This document shows, piece by piece, positions 1 through 9,107 of a stretch of 64,000 nt of DNA. This DNA is from Zygnema circumcarinatum SAG 698-1b (lineage: Eukaryota; Plantae; Zygnematophyceae): positions 6,425,909-6,489,908 of the forward strand of contig CM074804.1 of NCBI GenBank assembly GCA_037447605.1, written 5' to 3'. The stretch's first letter is position 1. Each line of letters opens with the position of its first letter. Position numbers and translations under genes: made by a program. The notes under the pieces were generated by a model. That model was given only the letters and a program-made list of their open reading frames with translations, was not told the origin of the DNA and made no database searches.

Positions 1-119
1 TTTGGGGGTGGGGGGGGGAGAGGAAGGCTTGCCAATTACATGCATCCTATGTCCAGAACTAATTAAGCAAAAACAAGGGACACTGCAAAAAAAGTTTGTT
101 TGGTGGAGTAAAGTCCTAC

Positions 120-437
120 CAGGTCAACCTTGTCTTCAGCCCCTGGCCCCAATCCTCCGGCCAAGAATAACTCGTTCGCATAGCGGTCTAAAATGTTCGG
201 GCTTCCCTCCTTCAATTGCACTTCCTCCGGCCGAAAAAACCAGCGCACCCTCACGAACGGCCTCCCTGTTGCCCGCTCCCTCCATATGTCTCGAACTTTT
301 CCGATGTGCGGAAGAGCATCTGGCCCCGTAGCAGGAAATGCTACGCAATCATTGATCTTAATCTCCTCTCTTCCGATGAAATAAGAACTATAATAATCCA
401 ATTTCCCCGGCCTCGACTTCCACGCCACGGCTGCCAT
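120..437 (-). CDS. ASI1: Exon 1 of a BAH-domain protein, ANTI-SILENCING 1 (ASI1/IBM2/SG1)-like; the gene continues off the left edge
   Basis: Translation YYSSYFIGREEIKINDCVAF...PHIGKVRDIWRE...VRVRWFFRPEEV...ANELFLAGGLGPG matches the plant ASI1-type BAH domain (WFFxPxE...NEvFLAxGxG). ATG at 437 (alternative at 449), GT donor at 119-118, 318 nt, phase 0. The C-terminal RRM is not in the window. Confidence 0.75.
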
Positions 438-497
438 TGAACACCGCATCCCCCTCGTCAGCTCTTCTCCCACGCGCTTTTCCAGCTCGCAGCCACG

Positions 498-552
498 CCC
501 CTCCCTCCTCCCTCCTCCCTCCTCCCTCCTCCCTCCTCCCTCCTCCCTCCTC
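498..552. repeat. (CCCTCCT)n heptamer tandem repeat upstream of the ASI1-like start, running into an N gap
   Basis: About 7 copies are directly visible. Confidence 0.95.
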
Positions 553-562
553 NNNNNNNNNN
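553..562. other. Assembly gap (10 N)
   Basis: Run of N. Confidence 1.
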
Positions 563-757
563 TGAACATGGCTTCTGCTGCAATGAATCAAGCCAACCCA
601 TAAACAAGTTCAACAACCATGTTTACTGGAACCTTAAATGGCTAACAAACCTCATACTAACCATGTCGTAACCGCAACTGCCCCTACAGTAGAAGTAAGA
701 AAATGCTTGCCGAATTTAAGGACATAGCAGTCTAATCATTTTAATGGCTGCTCTCAC

Positions 758-1939
758 CTGGCATGTCCACGAGTGCTTCGTCGACTGAATTCAGAGTATT
801 CGCGGTCGCATCATAAATTCGTCGGAACACAGCATCCGCACGGGAGATGTCCAGATATTTTGGCAGAGGATTCTGAGGGTGGCTCGCTAAACACAGCACA
901 ATGGCTTTCCTTGATATAGCATACTGCAACCCAAGGGATGGAACTTGTCAACACGTTGGAAATTCTTCTGCCGAAGGACAGAAAATTTACAGCAACGACA
1001 TGGAGCGCAAAAGGAAAAGCCTAAAACAAAAACAGTTTTCGGAGCAAAGGCGATGCCCTTACCTTTAAAGACAAAATGTAAAGAAGTAGCAGAGCTTTAC
1101 CAATGGAAATGGCTCTACTGTACCATGAATGGACAAGAACTAGCGATTATTTGACTTGTATCCCAGAAACTTGGTAAAGTCAGAGTTCAAGTTCAGGTAC
1201 TCCTGGAGGAGCTCGAACACCTTCATTATACAGATTGGACGGCAGAAAGCAGCCATTGATGGACCCACTCAACGTAAACGTAATAGCTACCAGTTCAAAA
1301 GGATGGCTTTCGACGGGGTAACTATCTAGCAACCGGAATCGAATCAAAGCCAACAATATCATGAAGTGGCAGGCAAATTTCGATATTTTTTTCAGACCTC
1401 CTAGTTGGCGCATTGAACGGTATGTAAGTTGCTCCCACAATGGAAAGCACTTGCAAACGAACCCAAGATGTAGCAGTACAAACATCGATGGTACAAACTA
1501 ACAGCAACCCAAAAAATTAAAAAAAGGGAGCGAGGGGAGAAGATTTGGGGGTGGGGGGGGGAGAGGAAGGCTTGCCAATTACATGCATCCTATGTCCAGA
1601 ACTAATTAAGCAAAAACAAGGGACACTGCAAAAAAAGTTTGTTTGGTGGAGTAAAGTCCTACCAGGTCAACCTTGTCTTCAGCCCCTGGCCCCAATCCTC
1701 CGGCCAAGAATAACTCGTTCGCATAGCGGTCTAAAATGTTCGGGCTTCCCTCCTTCAATTGCACTTCCTCCGGCCGAAAAAACCAGCGCACCCTCACGAA
1801 CGGCCTCCCTGTTGCCCGCTCCCTCCATATGTCTCGAACTTTTCCGATGTGCGGAAGAGCATCTGGCCCCGTAGCAGGAAATGCTACGCAATCATTGATC
1901 TTAATCTCCTCTCTTCCGATGAAATAAGAACTATAATAA
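758..1939 (-). CDS. ASI1: Second copy of the ASI1-like BAH gene fragment: partial exon 1 (1663-1939) and exon 2 (758-923), between two N gaps
   Basis: 1544-1939 repeats 1-396 apparently base for base. Exon 2 has an AG acceptor at 925-924 and a GT donor at 757-756. It encodes YAISRKAIVLCLASHPQNPLP...ADAVFRRIYD, the second half of the ASI1 BAH domain. Confidence 0.7.
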
Positions 1940-2039
1940 NNNNNNNNNNNNNNNNNNNNNNNNNNNNNNNNNNNNNNNNNNNNNNNNNNNNNNNNNNNNN
2001 NNNNNNNNNNNNNNNNNNNNNNNNNNNNNNNNNNNNNNN
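1940..2039. other. Assembly gap (100 N, probably of unknown size)
   Basis: Run of N. Confidence 1.
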
Positions 2040-3652
2040 TAGAATCCGGGCAAAAGGTGAAGACTTTTCGATTGGACAGCGAAGGAAATTACATATCTTA
2101 TGTCGCTCGTGTGTGGGGTCTGAAGTGCTACGTGAGTGTGATGAAGCACGAGTTTGCAGAGAGGAGCAGAGGCTTCAAGCTGCAGGAGAAAACAACAGAG
2201 AAAGGCGACAAGGATTTCGAGGAGAACTTTGAGCCGTGGCCCAATTTCGAAATTACTATTGGAGCGGACGGTGGCGATTCGGCGATCCTTGGTGGAGAGC
2301 CTGCTTACTTCAAATCGATGGTGGAGATGAGCCGATTGGAGGCGACCGTCGATCAAGCGGACCTTGTGCCGTGTGATGTGAGAAAGGAGGAGGAATCAGC
2401 GCCGTTGGATGTGAAGGTGGAGTCCGATTCGGAGGGAGCGTCACCGGTCACGCCGTGCTTGACATCCGGACCGTTGATCGGGTTTGAACGAACGAACGAG
2501 TCGGCTGACTTCGCTAGCATTGCTGCACTCATGATGGGTAGTGTTGCTGAACACCAAACCCTGCTTGTAGTTTAAGAGGGGGCGGATGATAGCAATAGGG
2601 AGTAGCCTTGAGTAGTGAGCTGAGGAGTCTCATGGTACCAAGGAAAGATGGATTGCCGTAATAGTATCCTCATAGGCGTAGGAACTTTTGGTTGTGTTGG
2701 GTGGCTAGGACCGAGAGGGGGAATGTTGGGTACAATAAGGGTATAGCCTAGAATTGTACGCTGTACGGTCCTTAGCCTTTTGTCGGCGGTCCTTAGGAGA
2801 TTTGGTCACAGTCTGAACAGGGCGCTAGGGCGCTGTTCTTAGTGGGAACACGAGAAGTCTGAGTAGGACACGTGGAGGGCGGCGATAGGCCGCGCCACCA
2901 CAGGAGTCTACTTAGAATTGATAAGTATAGTTTGGACACGTGGCGCGCAGCGATAGGCTGCGTGTCAGCTTTGTATTGCTTATTGCTTTAGTGGACGACC
3001 GTACGAAATGTCCGGAGCTTACGAGACGCATGGATGTACGGACGACCAACACAGGCGCTGGAGAAGCGCGCGCGTGGATGCGAAGCTTCGAGAAGGTCGG
3101 TGCGCCTTTGGAAGGAGGAAACTGTACGGACCTTCTCCCTCCTGGCCATGGCGACCCTGAGGGTGAGTTCCAGCGCGGTGCGAGGCGAGCTCCTGGAGAC
3201 GTGGAGCATCACCAGCGACATGGAGGTGCGCTGTGCGGTGGAGCGCGGTGGCGCGCGGCGGCGTGCAGTAGAACGTGGAGTAGTGCAGCGCTTAGTATTT
3301 AAGTAGGAGTTGATTAGGAGTTAATCAACCTGAGAGTTCAACTTAATTCAGCTGTAGCTTGGCTCGTGTTGCCGAGTGTAGTTGCCTGGCTGTATGGGCA
3401 GCAGGAAGTAGGGGAGTTAGTCAGAGCATAGGTGGAAGCCTGAGGGCTTGACATAAATGCTTGTTTCTCTTCATTTCTTTATTAAGGAGTTTTGAGGCCG
3501 AGGAGCTTTCTCCTTACTTATTCTCTTTCGGTGTCTGCTTGATTGGATCGTTTGCTTTTCAGTGTGTGCACTTGAGGGTTGTATTGATTCAGACATTGCA
3601 AGCATGTCAGAGAGTGAGAGTAGTGGGAGGGACCAGGCTCAAATTGTCAACA
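2040..3652 (+). mobile_element. 3' part of an internally deleted Ty1/Copia LTR retrotransposon (integrase remnants, PPT, 3' LTR)
   Basis: The frame ending at 2575 reads ESGQKVKTFRLDSEGNYIS (Copia integrase GKKIKxLRSDNGGEY-like), then ARVWGLKCYV (LRVFGCxxYV-like). The polypurine tract GAGAGGGGGAA at 2713-2723 is followed directly by TGTTG. No RT or RNase H is recognisable. Confidence 0.75.
2724..3652 (+). mobile_element. 3' LTR of the Copia element (929 bp, TGTTG...TCAACA)
   Basis: Starts with TG right after the PPT and ends in CAACA. It is homologous to the inverted LTR at 3683-4510 at both ends and in internal blocks. Confidence 0.85.
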
Positions 3653-3682
3653 AAAGCCACTGCGTGCGCCCAACCTCATCAT

Positions 3683-4510
3683 TGTTGGAAACTAGAGCCC
3701 GGTCTCTCTCACTAACCTCACTCTCAGACATGCTTGCAATTCGGCGAAAAAACCTCCCCAAATGCACACACCGGAAAGGGAGAATGAATACTGAAGATAA
3801 AAACACCGAGAAGTGAAGAAAAAGGAGAACCCCCCCCCTTTGGCTCAAAACTCCTGAAATAAATAGAATTGTGACATACAAAGAAACTCAGATCGCATCT
3901 GATCTATAATGCTCTGCCCAGAAACTCCAATCTACTGCTGCCCATACAGCAGACCTCTACACTCAGCACCGCGAGCCAAGATGTAAGGTTCTAAGGGTTA
4001 ATTAAACAACAAGCAGAATGCAAACTATATACTAGCAGCTGCAGCAAATCCACGTTCCCCCGCGAGCCACCGTGCGCCACCTCCCTCCATGTCCCTGGAG
4101 TTGCTCCGCGCCTCCTGGAGTTCGCTCCGCACCGCGCGGGAGCTCAGCCTGAGGGGCCGCCGTGGGCAACGGGAGTGTCCGTACCGAAACCTCGTACCGA
4201 AGCCTCCTTCCCTGGCAGACCGAAGCTTCCGCGCCCCTTCGCGCCTCCAATAAGCGGTACTGTACAATACTGTACTAAGCTTAACTAGCAGCCGCGCGGC
4301 CTATCGCTGCACGCCACGTGCCTAGACTACGCTTGTCAATTCTAATCAGACATCCAGTGGTAGCACGGCCTATCGGCGCCCTCCACGTGTCTTATTCAGA
4401 CCTGTCGTCTTCCCACAGAACAGCAGACTGTGACCAAATGTTCTAAGGACCAGCGACAACGGCTAAGGACCGCAAAGTGTACTACGCCTATACCCCTATT
4501 GTACACTACA
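3683..4510 (-). mobile_element. Solo LTR (828 bp) of a related Copia subfamily, in inverted orientation
   Basis: On the minus strand it reads TGTAGTGTACAATAGGGGTATAG...TTTCCAACA. Perfect 5-bp TSD ATCAT at 3678-3682 and 4511-4515. Shares blocks with the 2724-3652 LTR (ATTGCAAGCATGTC, GCTGTATGGGCAGCAG, CACGTGG). Confidence 0.9.
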
Positions 4511-4822
4511 ATCATAAGGTTCTTGGTTTGTCTCGATACCGCTGCCACGAGAAACCACGAATTTATGTCCCTTCTTACCGCAATTGAAGCAAGTCCCACG
4601 GAAAGCCGACCTCTTCCTGATTTGGTCGTCACTGGCTGTCTCTTTCATCCTCTCGGGAAAGGCTAGTCATCCCACGCCACGCCACGCCACTGGCTGGCCC
4701 TGCTCCCGGTCCCATACGCTGGTAAAGGGTTCAATCGGGGGAGCGTGAGGGGGATTGGCAGGCTGAGTGCAGCCTGCTGGAAACCAGCACTGATTAGGGT
4801 TTGCTGTGAGTAACTTGTTACA

Positions 4823-7590
4823 TTTGGTATCAGACCAGATTCGATATTCTGAGGACTGTTTTATGGTTATTGGGTAGTGCGTCACCTCCCTGCTACTCTG
4901 CCTTTTTGCGGTGCTGCCTGCCAGTTGACATTGTCGGACATTGGGCTTACATTGGCTCACATTGGGGGACATTGGACGCGGTTGGAGCACGTTGGAGCAA
5001 CTGCCGAGACCCTGGGGACATTATCCTGCATCGAAGGACCCACTGGGGCAGAGCTCCTCTCGGTGGCAGCCGCTGAACATTCTTGGTGAGCCATCTTTCT
5101 GTTCCTAATGGTGTATACACAGTCACGGGCCGTGGGGGGGGATGCTATAGATCCGCAGCAGCTTCCGATTGTGGAGGAAGATCCGGGGTTGGATGACCAT
5201 CCGGCTGTGGAGGAGCAGCCTGCTACTCTGGAAACGGCTGGCAACAGTACAAGCGCAAGGCCTGCCGCAGATACTCCATTGACTAATGTGGAGGATACCG
5301 AAATCCCGCAGCCATTAAAAGGGATTGAAGTAGCAGAGCCTGTGATAGGGGTTGAGGAACAGACTCTGCCACCACCCTCAACTGAAGCTATGACTAGAGA
5401 AGAGGCCCTTAAGATGTGGGTAGCATTTGATCGTCTGCAAGGGCAGACCAGGCAAACACTTTGGGAGCTCAGGGATGCTGTGGCCTTGGCCCGGCAAACC
5501 AGTACCCAGATAGACCGGATGCGAGAGGAAATGGCGAAATTCCGTGAGGAGATACGCCAGTTGCTGAAGCCCCCTCCGGCCCGGCGCACTGGTAGAGCCA
5601 GAAGCCGAAGGTCCGGTTTAGCAGCAACTTCTGGGGGGTTGGGTTCAATGGTTGCAGCTACTGCCCAAGCAGTCCCTGCGACCCACCTTGTTGCAGAAGG
5701 CAACATGCAGGATATCCAACCTCCTGCTGAAACAGTAGGAGGGAGTCGTAGATCACCTCACCCCCCAGGGTTTGTGGCTGGCCCTACCCTGGACAGCTCA
5801 ACTGGGGGTGGACCATCCGGTGGTGGTGGTACTCCTAGGGGAGACACTATTGCTGGTGAGGGATCTTCCCACGGGAGGATGGCACCTCTTGTGCCATCTT
5901 TTGATTGGAACTTGAGAAATAGGGCCGAGGTGACGCTTATTGACAAGTGGGAAGGGGTGAAGGGAGACTGCGCCATAGAGCAATGGTTGAGTCAAGCAGA
6001 AGGGTACCTCCGTGCCACCAACTGCCCACCAGATGCTTGGGTGAATTACGCTTACCCTGCTCTCCGGGGACAAGCCTTTAATATCTTTCAATATTTGCAA
6101 GAAAAGATTGGCACAGACTGGTCGCTCTTTTGCGCAGAGCTTCGTTGGCACTTTGGTGTGGTTAACCCCAACTGTGTAGCTTGGGAGAAGTATTATAGTC
6201 TAAGACAGACTGGTAGCGTACAGGAATTTATTCGAGCTGTACGGGAAACCGTGTCTCTTATCACGAAAGATAAACCTTCTCCCGCTAGTCAGTTTTACCA
6301 GATATGGTTTGGATTGAAGCCCCACCTACAAGACCTCTTGCGGCTGAATCCCAACACCTCTAAGCCCTGGGTTGCTGAGGATGCTGAGCTCTTCTATGAC
6401 ACGGCAATCCAAGCAGACATGCCCATTAGTGTTGAGCTATGTGACATTGCCACGCCTTGGACGTCAAATTGCGGGCGTCCTTTGCCCACAACAGGTAACA
6501 CTCTAAGTCGTGGTAGACCTAGCCAGCCACCTCGCCAAAAGAATAAAGGCGGGATGAAAAGGAAGACACATAGAGACATGCCAGCTTCATCCTCGGGTAG
6601 AAAGATCCAGAAGTTAACTTAGGAAGAGGCGAAGAAACTGAAAAAGTAAAGTCGTTGTTTCCGTTGTCAGGCAACTGGACACATGGCGAAAGAACGTTCA
6701 AAGGGAGCCCGGAACCCGGTGAAAGGGGACGAGTTGAAAATCAACCGGCCCTCTGTAGCTTAAGAGTCGTTGCAGGTGTAAGGGAGAACCTAGGAACTAT
6801 GATTACTAGCACTAAGGGGATGGTGGTACCCTCTCATTTTGACTCTTAAATGTGCTTGGTAGAAAACCAAATAAGCGCGATATTCTTGTTGCTACTTGTC
6901 CTGAGTATTTCAATGATAGCCTATTCGTGTGTTCCTTGGTGATGACTCCGGATGCTTTCTTGAGTTGTGCTGACTGTTGAGCATGAGATTTGGATTTTGA
7001 ATCTATTTAGTGAAGATGCTTTGATTGAGTGTGTCTTGCATGTTTTGCGAATGCAACGCACGAATCCATACATGAATGGATTCCACATGTTGCTCCTGCA
7101 GCACATACCCATCAAGGCCATTAGCCATGTTCATTGGCGTGTGACCAAAACATGGTGGAAAGGGTATCGGATGGTGAGATGGCTCAGTGAAGTAACAAGT
7201 GAAATTTACAGACTACCATACCTTGTGGTTTGGCGTACTTTAAGCCTACAATACCACATATTACCACATATTATTACAATTACCACATATGGTATGTTTT
7301 ATGTTTCATTTGTCCCACCGTGCAATGACTTGTAGTGGGTTGATTGCCGGCGCACCTCCTACCATACTATTTGACTCAGGCGGTAACACTGTCTTTGATA
7401 GTTCATCGTTTATCGAACACGTTTGGATGACTGTCACCCCCTATTCTGATAATGTGGTTTTCAGCCATGGGCAATTTGGAACTATCCTTGGCATAGTCTT
7501 TGCTCCCATTCATGTGCAATCCTTTTGTAGGCGTATTCACTTCTTTATCACTGCTCTTGCACCAGGGGTTGATTTGTGTTGTACAGCCTA
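4823..7590 (+). mobile_element. Decayed Ty3/Gypsy-type LTR retrotransposon internal region (PBS, gag, zinc knuckle, aspartic protease; truncated)
   Basis: ...TGTTACA is followed by a tRNA-iMet PBS TGGTATCAGA (about 4825). The gag ORF is at 5108-6622. A CFRCQATGH zinc knuckle lies at about 6656 behind premature stops. The protease motif ILFDSGG is at about 7364, and the element breaks after LAPGVDL. Confidence 0.85.
5108..6622 (+). pseudogene. Retrotransposon gag (capsid) ORF, 504 aa, truncated before its CCHC-type knuckle
   Basis: IEQWLSQAEGYL...WVNYAYPALRGQA...W..FCAELRWHF...LRQTGSVQEFIRA...GLKPHLQ is a typical retrotransposon gag. In-frame TAG and TAA precede the zinc knuckle. Confidence 0.85.
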
Positions 7591-9107
7591 GAAACTGGAC
7601 AACTTATGGGACATTGACTCTCTAAGTCATAAAAAACTTGGGTGCAGACAATAAGCGACAGGGATGGTCATGTGGGCGCAGATGCAAAAGAGTTCTAAGT
7701 TTAGTTCACAGGATTGTGATGTGACAAACTACACATCTTTTGGGCGTACAGACGATAGCAATGCGCGATGCAACTAAGGGGCAAGGAGCACAGACTGTGA
7801 ACAGAGATGCGACATAACAAATGTTCACAGATATGGTATGAAAACTGGAACAATGAATGTTTCGATTAAGCGCACAAAAAGATTCATGTAAACCGTGGTG
7901 ACAAGTTTAGGAAACTTGTACAAACGTGAAGGTGAAGCATTCAAATGAACCTAAGTGACTATCTACTGAAAATGGGACCAAAAGCCGGCTATGGCAGGTG
8001 AGAGATCATTAAGCCGATAGTCCAACCCCTGCATTCCGGCATCCGTGACAGGGTCAAAGGGTGTCAAACTACTTAAGCAGCCCTATGGGGAGTTGCTAGG
8101 TACCCTAAACCTTTTATGGGGAGGTTTACACCTCATACTATCGCATAGGAGGGTAATGCGTCGTCGGGTGTTGGTAGTGAGCTGAGGGGGTAAAGTAGTT
8201 AGTGGCAGCCGTAGCAAAAGCGCTTCCGCAGAGTGTAGGATAGAGCCAGAGTCAAGAGTAGTTGACTACTTGCATCTATTGTATCTCTCTTTCGTGCAAT
8301 ATTAAGGTTTTTGATTGGCAAGTTTTCATCCTTATGCAATTTGTCACACAGTCCACAGCCTGAGTTGCAACGGTCAGCATGGTCAAGACAAATCAGAGCT
8401 AAGACAAAACTAGCGGGAGTTCAAAATTGACCCTGCATTTTCAACAAGAGGTACCAAAGCAGATAATGATATTCGGCATACATCCCTATCTTTATGGGAA
8501 CTGACTACAAGGAGTGGCGGTGGCAAATGGACAACTTTACTTCAAAGCAAGGGATCGTTGAAGTACGTCAATGGGACGTGAGTAGGAATCTTTATTCCAT
8601 TTTCAAGTACTCTGAAACCTCAGCATCAGAAGACCCAATGCGCATTCATCCATCATCCTCATTTCATTTCGTCCTATAATTCCACGAGTAGTGGAGCGCA
8701 AAGCATTTAGTTGAATGGAAGGTTGTCCAAATCTTGCCATTGTTATGGCCAAATCTTTGGGCAATTTTATTAGTGCTCGTCAACTGAGTATCTGCGCTTC
8801 ACTTCACTTACAATAAGCCCCCCCTGAAAGACTTCCAATGAGACTTCAGGGTTCGTAAACAGAACCTACGACCGTATTCATCCCTTAGGTGACCCTTGCC
8901 ACTCCATTACAGATATATCGAACAAATTGCTACAATTGTTCAACGTTTCTGATTTTGATTCTATTGTAACGTTATTAGATGCTTCTGCATCTCGTCCTAA
9001 ACGAATGGTCGTCTGCAAGCCTGAAAGTGTACATTCTCTTGAACAAGCTATTCTATCCCCAACCTGCCCTGTAACACCGACGCAGTAAGAAGTTAGCGAA
9101 CCACCCC

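Noticed and set aside
4957-5706. 249-aa antisense ORF (similar ones at 24576-25388 and 41828-42556)
   Set aside because: They are shadow frames of real coding sequence.
7577-8050. Possible nested solo LTR (TGTTG...TGACA) interrupting the protease
   Set aside because: The termini are suggestive, but there is no TSD and no second copy in the window.
8062-8350. Possible 3' LTR of the Gypsy (TGTCA...TCACA)
   Set aside because: It does not align with the sequence upstream of the PBS (4516-4822) and has no TSD.
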